A stretch of 51,602 nt of DNA from an uncultured Hyphomicrobiales bacterium (lineage in GTDB: Bacteria; Bacteroidota; Ignavibacteria; Kapaibacteriales; UBA2268), in the NCBI GenBank assembly GCA_964577665.1, contig CAZOBD010000005.1, positions 493 to 52,094 on the forward strand, given 5' to 3'. A program made the position numbers and the translations under genes. The stretch's first letter is position 1, and each line of letters starts with the position of its first letter. The notes under the pieces are model-generated. The model did not search any database. It worked only from the letters and a program-made list of their open reading frames with translations, and was not told where the DNA came from. Below are positions 1 to 10,303 of this stretch, in pieces.

Positions 1-1
1 A

Positions 2-2872
2 GAAATTAGCACAAGTATTGCCAAGATAGATGGTAATGCTTTTATATACGGTATATTCAGGGATATTCGTTCTTGGAAACTATCGCAGGATGCCCTTATA
101 GAAAGCGAAGAACGTTTTAAAGCATTTACCGAACATTTTCCCGGTGCGGCTTTTATTAAAAACAAAGAGCAGAAACTTTTATACTGCAATAAGCTTTACG
201 CATCAATGGCAGGAGCTGAGCCTGATGATCTTATCGGCAGTGTTCAACTGGAAGATGATATGCCCGAAGATCTTAAAGAGCAGTATAGGGAGGAAAATCA
301 AAAAGTAATAGCAGAGAAGTCTGTTTTAACATCAGAAAGTACATTTCCCGGACCGCAAGGCCCCAGCCACTGGCTGATGATTAAATTTCCTATTGAAACG
401 GCAGGCAGTGAAATACTGCTCGGCTCCATAAGTTTTGATATAACCGATAGAAAGAATATAGAAGAGACACTTCGGAAAAACAACTACCTGCTTAACGCAA
501 TATTTGAAAATGCTTTTGAGAGTTTATGGGTGATTGACAGAAATTACAAGCTCGTGTTTGCAAATTCTATCTTTTTAAATGAAATGCGGACTGCTTTCGG
601 AAAAGAGATTAAGTCCGGCGACAATATTCTTAATTTAGTTGGCGGGGAAGAATATGATGAATGGAAAGAATACTATGACCGTGCCGTTAAGGGCGAAAAA
701 TATATTCTGGAAAGGCAAAGGAAATATGCCAAAGAAGAAACATGGACTGAGTACAGGTTCGGTCCGGTGCTTGATGAAGAAGGCATTTCACATGGCGCAA
801 CAGTTCTTGCGCTGAATATTACTGACAGAAAGAAAGTGGAACATTCTCTTATTGCCAGCGAAAGAAATTTCCGCAGTTACTACAATCAGACTCCTGCCAT
901 GATGCACTCTATAGACCCGGAAGGAAGACTGCTTTACATCAGCGATTACTGGCTGAAAAGAATGGGTTACGAAAGGGATGAAGTGCTCGGCAGACCTTCC
1001 GTGGATTTTTTGACGGAAGATTCAAAAGTGAAAGCAAGGGAAATTTATCTGCCCGAATTTTTTATGAAAGGTTATCTTGAAAATGCCGAATATGAGTTTA
1101 TTGCTAAATCCGGAGAGATAATAAATGTTTTGATGTCCGCTGTTACCATTAATGACGAGTATGGCACTTTCAGGTATTCTCTGGCAGTGCTTAACGATAT
1201 AACTATCCGTAAAAAAATGGAGCGCGAACTGAAAAAACAGCATGCCAACCTTCTTGCAATACTGGAGAATACAAAAGATATAGTATGCCTGCGAGACAGA
1301 GATCATAAACTACTGTTTTTTAACACTGCATTTTCTCAGATTGCAGAAAAAATTTTTGATAAGCATGCCTATATAGGAATGAACACTTTGGAACTGCTCG
1401 AAAAGGAAAGGTATCAAAAATGGAAACAAATCGTAGATTCGGTTTTGTCAGGCAGTCCCTATAAAGAGGAATTCTCATGGACTTTCTCTGGCGGTGAAAC
1501 AAGATATTACGAAATTGCTTTTAATCCTATCACGGTGGAAAAGGAAATCATCGGATATTCGGAATTTACAAAAGACATTACCGACAGAAAAAATATTGAA
1601 AAAATTCTGAAAGACAACGCAGAGAAATTCCGTATGCTCAGCGAATCCGGTACGAAAATGCTCTCCCTGCCGGATTTGAACAGTATTTATGATTACATAA
1701 CAGAGAATCTGCACAGACTCTATCCCGACTCTCTTGTTTTATTTGTAAGCGCCGACGAAGAGAACTCTTTGTCCGAATTTGTTAATGTAAAAGGCATTAA
1801 AAGCAGTTTTTTGAAAAGAGCTATCGAAATAACAGGTTTCAATCCCGTCGGCAGGAAATACAAACTGCTTCCTTATCACGTAAGCTTATTTAAAAGCGGC
1901 AGCCTAACCGAATTTGAAGGCGGTCTTGCAGAGTTTTCTGCCGGTGAATTTCCTGAATTTGCAGCCAAGAGCATACAGAAACTGCTCGGTATCAAACGCA
2001 TTTATACTATCGGAATAAACAAGGACGGAAGGCTTTTGGGTTTTGTACACTTTTTCAAACTGGATAACAGGCAAATAACAGATCCTGAATATATTGAAAC
2101 TTTTGTAAAGCAGGCAGGTATCGTTATCGACAGAAAAATAATGGAAGATACTTTAAAGCACAACGAAAAACTGCTTGCAGAGTCTCTTGCTTCCAAGGAT
2201 AAATTCTTTTCTATTATTTCTCATGACCTGAAATCCCCCATATCCGGTTTTGTAGGCCTCTCGGAAATGCTTACCAAAGAATGGGAAAGTCTTTCAATTC
2301 AGGAGCTGAGAGATTTATCTTTAACTATTCATAATTCGGCAAACTCAGTTTACAAACTGCTGACTGAACTGCTGGTATGGTCACGCACCCAGTCAGGGAG
2401 CATACCTTTCAATCCCGAAAAAAATGACCTTTTTGAAATGATAACCGACAATGCATATCTGCTGGGCAAAACTGCGGAAAATAAATCCGTTAAAATTATA
2501 AGCGAATGTAATAAAGGGAGTTATGTGCATTGCGACAGAAACATGATAATGAGTGTTTTAAGGAATCTTTTAGACAATGCCATAAAGTTTTCTTATGAAA
2601 ACAGCAATATTAATATTTCCTGTTTTCAGGATGACGGTTACGTTACAGTTAAAATAAGCGATTCAGGAGCAGGTATGGATAAAAAGTCTCTTAAAATGCT
2701 GTTTTCTTATGAAAAACGGATGAATAAATCCGGAACAAACGGCGAAAAGGGGACAGGCTTGGGGCTTCTGCTCTGCAAGGAATTCATTGAAAGGCACGGC
2801 GGCAGGATATGGGCTGAAAGCGTTCCCGGAAAAGGAAGCACTTTTTTCTTCACTTTACCTGTTAAAGCTTGA
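2..2872 (+). CDS. Multi-PAS/GAF sensor histidine kinase (5' end lies upstream of the window)
   Basis: The frame is open from position 2 (EISTSIAKIDGNAFIYGIFRDIR...), so the ORF-track start at 206 is internal. Repeated PAC ends (DITDRK), H-box FFSIISHDLKSP, N-box NLLDNAIKF, G-boxes DSGAG and GTGLGL. Confidence 0.93.
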   Translation, partial: EISTSIAKIDGNAFIYGIFRDIRSWKLSQDALIESEERFKAFTEHFPGAAFIKNKEQKLLYCNKLYASMAGAEPDDLIGSVQLEDDMPEDLKEQYREENQKVIAEKSVLTSESTFPGPQGPSHWLMIKFPIETAGSEILLGSISFDITDRKNIEETLRKNNYLLNAIFENAFESLWVIDRNYKLVFANSIFLNEMRTAFGKEIKSGDNILNLVGGEEYDEWKEYYDRAVKGEKYILERQRKYAKEETWTEYRFGPVLDEEGISHGATVLALNITDRKKVEHSLIASERNFRSYYNQTPAMMHSIDPEGRLLYISDYWLKRMGYERDEVLGRPSVDFLTEDSKVKAREIYLPEFFMKGYLENAEYEFIAKSGEIINVLMSAVTINDEYGTFRYSLAVLNDITIRKKMERELKKQHANLLAILENTKDIVCLRDRDHKLLFFNTAFSQIAEKIFDKHAYIGMNTLELLEKERYQKWKQIVDSVLSGSPYKEEFSWTFSGGETRYYEIAFNPITVEKEIIGYSEFTKDITDRKNIEKILKDNAEKFRMLSESGTKMLSLPDLNSIYDYITENLHRLYPDSLVLFVSADEENSLSEFVNVKGIKSSFLKRAIEITGFNPVGRKYKLLPYHVSLFKSGSLTEFEGGLAEFSAGEFPEFAAKSIQKLLGIKRIYTIGINKDGRLLGFVHFFKLDNRQITDPEYIETFVKQAGIVIDRKIMEDTLKHNEKLLAESLASKDKFFSIISHDLKSPISGFVGLSEMLTKEWESLSIQELRDLSLTIHNSANSVYKLLTELLVWSRTQSGSIPFNPEKNDLFEMITDNAYLLGKTAENKSVKIISECNKGSYVHCDRNMIMSVLRNLLDNAIKFSYENSNINISCFQDDGYVTVKISDSGAGMDKKSLKMLFSYEKRMNKSGTNGEKGTGLGLLLCKEFIERHGGRIWAESVPGKGSTFFFTLPVKA

Positions 2873-2916
2873 TTTTTATATAAGGTCATTATTATTACTG
2901 AAATAGAAGTCAAGGA

Positions 2917-3024
2917 TGTCATTCTGAACTTGTTTCAGAATCTCACGCTATGTGGAAAACGCCCTTTTTCCCTCTCAAGAGGGGATATTCATACGTGAGA
3001 TTCCGCATCAAGTGCGGAATGACA
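2917..3024. repeat. REP-like composite palindrome (family A: TGTCATTCTGAACTTGTTTCAGAATCTC ... GAGATTCCGCATCAAGTGCGGAATGACA)
   Basis: Two inverted hairpin units with outer IR TGTCATT/AATGACA and inner IR AATCTCACG/CGTGAGATT. Related partial copies at 22067-22093 and ~10272-10300. Confidence 0.8.
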
Positions 3025-3031
3025 AATTTCT

Positions 3032-3066
3032 GTAGATGGACTCCACTTTCAAAGTGGAGTCCATCT
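3032..3066. repeat. GTAG-tagged perfect palindrome (REP-like family B)
   Basis: AGATGGACTCCACTTT-C-AAAGTGGAGTCCATCT, a 16-bp perfect stem overlapping GTAG at 3032-3035. Confidence 0.7.
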
Positions 3067-3217
3067 GAAAGTTGAATGATGCAGCAGGAGGATAAGAGAA
3101 ATGGATCTTAAAGAATATAGATAAAAAAGCTGAAAAATTTTTAAACTAAAAATTTTGTATATAAATTACTTAGAGAGAAAAATGTTATTTTGATATTAAA
3201 TTTTGATATTTTCCAAA

Positions 3218-6200
3218 ATGGATACTAAGGAAAAACTGAACAAAAAAATTGAAGAGCTGGAGCTGGAACTAAGCGAATACAAAGCAAGATGCAGGCGGGA
3301 GTATCAATATCTAAGCGGTGCAAGCTGTATTTTACCAAATATTTGGAATTCCTCAATAGAAGGGATGGTGCTTTCGGATGAAAACGGTATTGTCCGCAAT
3401 GTAAACAATAAATACTGCGAGATATACGGATTTGACAGAGAGGAGCTTTTAAACAAGGAATTTTCCATTATTTTTCCGGAGGATTACCGTGAAACAGCCA
3501 TGCAGCAATACAAAGAACTATTCAAAAGCAGCAATATACCCGAGTCTTTTGAAATAGAAATTATAAGAAAGGACGGAGAGAAGCGCATAGTAGAATCGCG
3601 GGTGGAGTTTATCAAATCGGACGGTAAAAGAACTGCAATGCTTTCAATTATAAAGGACATTACCGAAATTAAGGAAGCACAGAAACAAATAGCAGAAAGC
3701 CGCAGTACACTTCAGGCATTTTTCGACAGTTCGACTGATTCCCATTTTCTTCTGGATAAAGACTATAGGATACTGGCATTCAATAAAGTTTCCCTGGAGA
3801 ATGTAAGGAACATTTGGGGCAGGGAAATAAAAAAAGGCGACAGTATCATCGATTATTCCAACCCTGCTAATATCGAATCATTTAAAGAGAATTTTCAAAA
3901 AGCTCTCATCGGTGAAAACATTGAGAAAGATATTGAGATAAAATTTACCACCGGCGCTGTGTATTGGTTCCATGTTAAATATCAGCCTGCACGAAATGAT
4001 GACGGGGAAATATTTGGAGTTTCATTTACTTCCTCAGATATTACGGAAAAGAAAAACAGCGAAATTGCACTTAAGGAAAGTGAAGAGCTTTTCCGTGGCA
4101 TTTTCGACGGAGCCAGCGACGGTATGCTGCTGGCAGATGCCGAAAGCATGAAGTTTTCAATGGCTAATAAAGTTATATGTGAAATGCTTGGCTACACGCA
4201 TGAAGAAGTTATGAATATGACTATTGCCGGTATCCACCCCGAAGAAAGTCTTCCTCATCTTAAAAAAGCATTTGAAAACGGCGTTAACAAAGGCCTTAGA
4301 TTTTTAGAAAACATACCCGTCCTGAAAAAAGACGGTAGTATCATATATGTTGATCTCAGCTCATCAGTTTTAACTATACAAGGCGGGCTGTATCAGCTCG
4401 GTATTTTCAGGGATGTTACTGAAAGAAAAAAAGTTGAAAGCGACCTGAGGCGAAGCCGTGAAAGGCTCGAGCTTGCCATGGAAGCCGGCGGTCAGGGATA
4501 TTGGGATTGGAATCTGAAAGAAGATAAACTCTTTTTCAGCGACAGATATTATACTATGCTCGGTTACGAACCCGGCGAACTGCCTATGAAGATAGAAACA
4601 TGGGGAAGTTTGCTGCATCCCGAAGACAGGGAGAACGTGATGCCTTTAGTTATGAAGCATTTTGAGAACGCAGAAGCTTACAAAGAAGAATTCCGCCTAA
4701 GATGTAAAGACGGCAATTATAAATGGATTTCAGGCATAGGGAAATTTTTTGATTTTGATTCTGACGGGAAGCCGGGAAGAGCCGTGGGAATACACGTAGA
4801 TATCGACAAACTGAAACTTGCCGTAAATGAGCTTATGGAAAGCGAACTGCTTTTAAACGAAACCGGCAGACTTGCTAAAATCGGGGGGTGGAGCATTGAC
4901 CTGAAAACCAATAAATTATCATGGACAAGAGAAGTTTACAGAATCCACGAAGCAGATGAAAAATTTGAACCCACAGTTGAAAAAACAGTGGATTTTTATG
5001 ATGAGGAGTCCCAAATAAAGATACGTGAAGCGCTCTATGAAGCAGAGAAATCAGGAAAAACGCTGGATATGGAGCTTGTGCTTATTACAGCCGGAAATAA
5101 AAAGAAGTATGTAAGAGCGGCAGGCAACGTTAAAACAAATAAAAATAATGAAATTACGACCATATACGGTACTTTTCAGGACATAACGGACAGAAAAAAA
5201 GCTTTGAGGGCATTGAAAGAAAGCGAAGAAAAATACAGATTTTTATATGAAAACATCAATGACCTTATAGGTCTGCACAATCCTGAAGGAGATTATCTGC
5301 AGGTCTCTCCTTCATCGGAAAGAATATTGGGATATAAACCTGAGGAATTGATAGGTAAAAGTCCTTTTTCATTAGTGCATCCCGACGATTTGAAGAAGAT
5401 TTACCCGTCAGAGTTAGAAAAAGCTCTCAAGGGGGAAATTGTTAAAATAAAAGTCCGCAAAAAGCTAAAGAACGGTGATTACAGATGGTTTGAGACTATT
5501 TCCGATACAATATACGACGAGCGGGGAAAAGTCAAGTATCTTATGACCTCAACCCGCGATGTGCAGGATACGGTGGCTGCAATGGAGGAATTATCGAAAA
5601 CCAACAAAGTTCTTCAGGATATTCAGCATACACTTTCTTATTCATTTGAAGAAGATTTCCTGTCGAAAATTGTGCTTGCCACTTCCGATATTCTAAATGC
5701 AGATTTTGCTTTCGCAGGCTCTTTTACTGATGAAAGTAAGAATGCAATAAAAACACTTGCTTTGTCAGAGAGAGGCAGCATCAGAAATAATATTGTGTAT
5801 GATTTGGAAAACACACCCTGCAATCAGGTCTTAAACCATAACGCATGTGCTTTTTCGGAAAATATTCAGGAACTTTTTCCCGATGATATTCTTCTGCAGG
5901 AGATGAATGTTGAAGGTTATATAGGTATCCCTCTTTTTAATACAAAAGCCGAGACTATAGGCATTATAGTTGCGCTTTATAAAAATCCAATTAAGGAAGT
6001 GGATTTCGCTAAAAACATACTCGAAATATTTGCATCCAGAACAGCCGCAGAAATAGAAAGAATAAACAGCTTGAAAGCATTGAAAGAAAGTGAAGAGAGA
6101 CTTAACCTGTTTTTCGAAAAGTCACTCGACGGATTTTTCTTTATGATGCTCGACAAACCTGTTGAATGGAATGATAATACAGACAAAGAAAAAACGCTTG

Positions 6201-8293
6201 ATTATGTCTTTACTCATCAACGTGTAACAAGAGTGAATAAGGCGTTTTTGGATCAATACGGCTATGATGAAAAAGATATTATAGGCATGACACCTTCGGA
6301 TTTCTTCAGCCATGATATTGAAGGCGGAAAAAAAGTATGGTGGGACTTTTTTGATAAAGGTGTCTCATCTTACCAGACAAAGGAGAGAACCGCAGAAGGT
6401 AAACCTTTGTGGGTAGAAGGCGTTTACACATGTTTTTATGATGAAAAAGGAAGAATAACCGGACATTTCGGAATACAGCGTGATGTTACCGGCAGAGTTG
6501 AAGCCGAAAAGGCTCTTGCCGAAAGCGAAAAGAGATTTAGAGCAATTTTTGAAAACGCCGTATTCGGCATTGCAACCGTCGATCTTGAAGGAAGAGTTAC
6601 TGATGTCAACCCTGCATTCTGCAAAATGATTGGATTCAGCAGGCAGGAACTGTTAACTATGAAATTTTCCGATTTTACTTCTTCCCGCCACATTGAGAAG
6701 GAAGAAATGCTATTAGAGCAGTTGAGAAGAGGTGAGATAGATTCTTATGTGCTTGAAAAAGAATATTTTTCAAAGTCAAGAGGACCTTTCTGGGTAAGAC
6801 TTGCCACTGCCGCTATACGGGACGAACAAAACAGAGTCACCGGTTATATAGGAACAGCCGCCGACATTGACGACAGAAAAAAAGCCGAAGACGAAATCAG
6901 GAAGCTTTCAACGGCAGTTACACAAAGCCCGGCGGCTATTGTTATTACCGACAGAAAAGGCACGATAGAATATGTTAATCCAAGATTCTCTGAGATTACA
7001 GGGTATTCGTTTGAAGAGGCTGTGAACAAAAACCCGAGAGTTTTAAAATCCGGCAAACATACGCAGGACTATTACAGAAATTTATGGCAAACTATAAGCA
7101 GCGGAGAAATATGGCAGGGTGATTTTTACAACAGACGAAAAGACGGCAGCTTTTTTTGGGAGAGGGCTATCATTGCGCCGATAAAAGACGAAAACGAAAA
7201 AATTATTAATTACGTTGCGGTCAAGCAGGACATTACCGAGCAAAAAGAAGCTGAGGAAAAACTCAAAAAGTCTGAGAAAAAACTGAGAGAATCAAACGCA
7301 ACTAAAGATAAATTTTTTTCAATAATAGCTCATGATCTTAAAAATCCTTTCAACACTCTTCTGACAATGAGCAAGTTTATCGTGGATAATTTCGACCGAC
7401 TTTCATCCGAGAGCGTATTGAAAGAGCTGAGAAATATCCGCGATGCATCGAATCATTCTTATAAACTGCTGGAAAACCTGCTGGAATGGTCGCGCACACA
7501 AATAGGCACTATCAGCTTCAATCCGGAAGAAAACGATTTGTATGAGATAGCGGTCAACAATGTTTACCTGTTTAAAAATTCAGCCGAAGCAAAAGGTATC
7601 ACTCTTGAAAACAAGATTCAATCAAGCACTTACGCTGTTTTTGATTTCGATATGATAAATACCGTCGTAAGAAATCTGCTTTCAAACGCCGTGAAATTTA
7701 CATCGGAAGGCGGCAGGGTCATTATCAGCAGTATTGAGGAGGATTCAATAATAACTGTTGCCGTTTCAGATTCCGGTGTCGGCATAATGCCCGAGCATCT
7801 TGATAAGATTTTTCAAATAGATCAGAGTTTTTCGACTAAGGGCACTAAGAATGAAAAAGGCACAGGTCTCGGATTAATATTATGCAAAGAGTTCGTGGAA
7901 AAAAACGGCGGCAGGATTTGGGTGGAAAGCGAATATGGAAAAGGAAGCACATTTTATTTTACCCTGAAGACTGCCAAAGAGAATAAAACAAAAGAGGAGA
8001 TTTGCAGTATTGACTTAGATATCCTTGCTGATGAACTGGAAACTAACGCCGGCAGCGTTTACGCTTTGAACCGACATTTTGACAGAGCATTCAGCAATGC
8101 CTATCTTAACCGCAATATTCAGTTGATAAATCACTTCTCAGATGAATTGAAAAAGTTTGCAGCTCAAAATAACATATCAATATTGAAAAATTTTTCTGAT
8201 TTCCTTTCCGAATCGTTAGACGGCTTTGATATTGAAAGAATAAATATCTGCATGGAACAGTTTAAGGAGATACTGGAAAAATTGCGGGATTGA
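3218..8293 (+). CDS. Large cytoplasmic sensor histidine kinase with ~9 PAS/PAC domains, one GAF, HisKA/HATPase_c and a C-terminal helical extension
   Basis: Repeated PAS/PAC motifs, GAF-like segment (ENTPCNQV...GYIGIPL), H-box FFSIIAHDLKNP, NLLSNAVKF, DSGVG, GTGLGL. ATG at 3218 preferred over TTG at 3203. Confidence 0.93.
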   Translation: MDTKEKLNKKIEELELELSEYKARCRREYQYLSGASCILPNIWNSSIEGMVLSDENGIVRNVNNKYCEIYGFDREELLNKEFSIIFPEDYRETAMQQYKELFKSSNIPESFEIEIIRKDGEKRIVESRVEFIKSDGKRTAMLSIIKDITEIKEAQKQIAESRSTLQAFFDSSTDSHFLLDKDYRILAFNKVSLENVRNIWGREIKKGDSIIDYSNPANIESFKENFQKALIGENIEKDIEIKFTTGAVYWFHVKYQPARNDDGEIFGVSFTSSDITEKKNSEIALKESEELFRGIFDGASDGMLLADAESMKFSMANKVICEMLGYTHEEVMNMTIAGIHPEESLPHLKKAFENGVNKGLRFLENIPVLKKDGSIIYVDLSSSVLTIQGGLYQLGIFRDVTERKKVESDLRRSRERLELAMEAGGQGYWDWNLKEDKLFFSDRYYTMLGYEPGELPMKIETWGSLLHPEDRENVMPLVMKHFENAEAYKEEFRLRCKDGNYKWISGIGKFFDFDSDGKPGRAVGIHVDIDKLKLAVNELMESELLLNETGRLAKIGGWSIDLKTNKLSWTREVYRIHEADEKFEPTVEKTVDFYDEESQIKIREALYEAEKSGKTLDMELVLITAGNKKKYVRAAGNVKTNKNNEITTIYGTFQDITDRKKALRALKESEEKYRFLYENINDLIGLHNPEGDYLQVSPSSERILGYKPEELIGKSPFSLVHPDDLKKIYPSELEKALKGEIVKIKVRKKLKNGDYRWFETISDTIYDERGKVKYLMTSTRDVQDTVAAMEELSKTNKVLQDIQHTLSYSFEEDFLSKIVLATSDILNADFAFAGSFTDESKNAIKTLALSERGSIRNNIVYDLENTPCNQVLNHNACAFSENIQELFPDDILLQEMNVEGYIGIPLFNTKAETIGIIVALYKNPIKEVDFAKNILEIFASRTAAEIERINSLKALKESEERLNLFFEKSLDGFFFMMLDKPVEWNDNTDKEKTLDYVFTHQRVTRVNKAFLDQYGYDEKDIIGMTPSDFFSHDIEGGKKVWWDFFDKGVSSYQTKERTAEGKPLWVEGVYTCFYDEKGRITGHFGIQRDVTGRVEAEKALAESEKRFRAIFENAVFGIATVDLEGRVTDVNPAFCKMIGFSRQELLTMKFSDFTSSRHIEKEEMLLEQLRRGEIDSYVLEKEYFSKSRGPFWVRLATAAIRDEQNRVTGYIGTAADIDDRKKAEDEIRKLSTAVTQSPAAIVITDRKGTIEYVNPRFSEITGYSFEEAVNKNPRVLKSGKHTQDYYRNLWQTISSGEIWQGDFYNRRKDGSFFWERAIIAPIKDENEKIINYVAVKQDITEQKEAEEKLKKSEKKLRESNATKDKFFSIIAHDLKNPFNTLLTMSKFIVDNFDRLSSESVLKELRNIRDASNHSYKLLENLLEWSRTQIGTISFNPEENDLYEIAVNNVYLFKNSAEAKGITLENKIQSSTYAVFDFDMINTVVRNLLSNAVKFTSEGGRVIISSIEEDSIITVAVSDSGVGIMPEHLDKIFQIDQSFSTKGTKNEKGTGLGLILCKEFVEKNGGRIWVESEYGKGSTFYFTLKTAKENKTKEEICSIDLDILADELETNAGSVYALNRHFDRAFSNAYLNRNIQLINHFSDELKKFAAQNNISILKNFSDFLSESLDGFDIERINICMEQFKEILEKLRD

Positions 8294-8411
8294 CGGTAAG
8301 TGCGATGATTTTTCAAACCTCAATTTACATGCTTTTCTATTCCGTGTATTTTACTTAAATTGCAGGATTATTTAGTAATATTTTTATATTTTAAAAGATT
8401 GGCTTAAGAAG

Positions 8412-9782
8412 ATGAAAACATTAATTGAACCTTTTAAGATTAAAACAGTTGAGGAAATTCCCATAACGACTCCCGAAAACCGCAGAAATCTGATTAAAGA
8501 GGCATTTTACAATATGTTTTTTCTCCGCTCGGATATGATAACCATTGATATGCTCACCGACAGCGGCACAACTGCCATGAGCTCTAAGCAGTGGGCGCAG
8601 CTCATGGACGGAGACGAAGCCTATGCCGGCTCGAGAAGTTATTACAAATTTGAAGATGCGGTGAGAAATATAACTGGTTTTAAGCATATTATTCCGACTC
8701 ATCAGGGAAGAGCGGCTGAAAGAATTTTATTTTCACTTGTAGGCAAAAAGGGCTTAACTATACCGAATAACACCCACTTTGACACAACCCGCGCTAACGT
8801 GGAGCACAACGAAGCAGAAGCCGTTGACCTTCCTACTGCCATCGGCACAAAACCGGATATTGAAGCTGACTTCAAAGGCAATATGGACATAGAAGCGCTG
8901 GAGCAGATAATTGAAACAAAGGGCAATGAGAATATTCCCTTGTGTATGCTGACCGTTACCAATAACAGCGGCGGCGGGCAGCCTGTTTCCATGCAGAATA
9001 TACGCGAGACCAAAGAATTATTGAAGAAATACGGCATACCGCTGTATTTGGATTGCTGCCGTTTTGCCGAAAATGCTTATTTCATCAAGCAGCGCGAGCC
9101 GGGATACGAAAGTAAATCAATTCTTGAAATTTCCCGCGAGATGTTTTCTTATGCCGACGGGGCAACGATGAGCGCCAAAAAAGACGGCATGTCCAATACC
9201 GGCGGTTTCCTTGCCACGCATGACGATGATCTTGCTCTGCAAGCCCGCAATCTTTTGATAATTACTGAAGGCTATCTCACATACGGCGGCTTGGCTCGCC
9301 GCGATCTCGAAGCTCTTGCGGTCGGTTTTAAGGAGGTTATGAGCGAAGATTATCTCCGCTACCGGATAGGACAGGTGAAATATCTCGGCGATGAGATTAT
9401 GAAAGAGGGAGTGCCGATTGTGCGTCCTACTGGGGGACACGGCTTGTTTTTAGATGCTAAGGCATTTGCGCCGCATATTCCGCCTGAGCAGTATCCGGGA
9501 CAGTCAATCGCCGTGGAAATATATAAGATTTCAGGTGTTCGTTCGGTTGAGATAGGATCGGTAATGTTCGGCAAAAAAGACAGTTTCGGTAAGCATGTAG
9601 CCCCGCCTATGGAGCTTGTCCGCTTTGCCGTGCCGCGCCGAGTTTACACAAAAAGCCATATAGACTATACTGCCGAAGCTATAATTGAAGTATTTAAAAA
9701 CAGAGATAAGCTCCGTGGTATGAAGATAGTTTGGGAGCCGCCCGCGCTCAGACATTTCACTGCAAAATTTGACTACGTTTAA
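8412..9782 (+). CDS. tnaA: Tryptophanase (PLP beta-eliminating lyase)
   Basis: EPFKIKTVE, DMLTDSGT, PTHQGR, MSAKKD (PLP lysine). HFDTTR and LRHFTAK are tryptophanase-type, whereas tyrosine phenol-lyase has FTTTR and LRFFTAR. Confidence 0.85.
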   Translation: MKTLIEPFKIKTVEEIPITTPENRRNLIKEAFYNMFFLRSDMITIDMLTDSGTTAMSSKQWAQLMDGDEAYAGSRSYYKFEDAVRNITGFKHIIPTHQGRAAERILFSLVGKKGLTIPNNTHFDTTRANVEHNEAEAVDLPTAIGTKPDIEADFKGNMDIEALEQIIETKGNENIPLCMLTVTNNSGGGQPVSMQNIRETKELLKKYGIPLYLDCCRFAENAYFIKQREPGYESKSILEISREMFSYADGATMSAKKDGMSNTGGFLATHDDDLALQARNLLIITEGYLTYGGLARRDLEALAVGFKEVMSEDYLRYRIGQVKYLGDEIMKEGVPIVRPTGGHGLFLDAKAFAPHIPPEQYPGQSIAVEIYKISGVRSVEIGSVMFGKKDSFGKHVAPPMELVRFAVPRRVYTKSHIDYTAEAIIEVFKNRDKLRGMKIVWEPPALRHFTAKFDYV

Positions 9783-9795
9783 TCCAGTATTTTTT

Positions 9796-10113
9796 TTAGC
9801 CGACCGGAATTTCGATTCCGGTTTTTTTTATTTCTTCGATAAAAGGGTCGCCTTGATTAAAATATTCAGTGGGATATGTTTTGGGTTGTATGTTAATATT
9901 TTTCAATAAGATATCATTAATTAGTTTTATGTCTTCATAGGCAAAACCGATAAATTCATCAGCTACTATAGCAACGTCAATATCGGAATCTTCCCTTTGC
10001 AGATTTTTTGCATAAGAACCATAAAGAATAACTTTTTTCAGATTTATCCCTTTTGATACTATTTCATTTGACAATTGTTTCAGTTGCTCAATTATATCTC
10101 TTTGAGTAAACAT
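9796..10113 (-). CDS. Minimal nucleotidyltransferase (MNT, MntA-like antitoxin), orphan
   Basis: LYGSYAK...SDIDVAIV (GSX10DXD), 105 aa. Paralog of 47966-48277. Confidence 0.88.
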   Translation of the reverse strand: MFTQRDIIEQLKQLSNEIVSKGINLKKVILYGSYAKNLQREDSDIDVAIVADEFIGFAYEDIKLINDILLKNINIQPKTYPTEYFNQGDPFIEEIKKTGIEIPVG

Positions 10114-10172
10114 ATTCTTACCTCATTTGCTTTTTCTAAAATATCTTTTGAAAAGTCTTTGTTGCCGTTCAT
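10092..10172 (-). pseudogene. C-terminal remnant of a HEPN-type gene overlapping the MNT start
   Basis: Translates to MNGNKDFSKDILEKANEVRICLLKEI* and overlaps the MNT ATG as in HEPN-MNT operons. Homologous to the remnant at 48253-48323. Confidence 0.55.
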
Positions 10173-10192
10173 ATTTATTCTTAAACTGAGAG

Positions 10193-10229
10193 AAAAAACG
10201 CCCGCAGTAGAATGTGCGGGCGTCTTTTT
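10193..10229. terminator. Probable bidirectional intrinsic terminator downstream of ilvE
   Basis: AAAAA-ACGCCCGCA-loop-TGCGGGCGT-CTTTTT. Confidence 0.75.
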
Positions 10230-10303
10230 AGGAGTCTATTATGAAAATAATAGAATGAGAGAATAAATTATATGTCATTCCGAATGTATGGAAGCGGAAT
10301 TTA

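Noticed and set aside
8412..9782. Tyrosine phenol-lyase
   Set aside because: The diagnostic residues (FDTT, LRHFTA, VEIGS) are tryptophanase-like. No tnaC leader was recognised in the short upstream gap.
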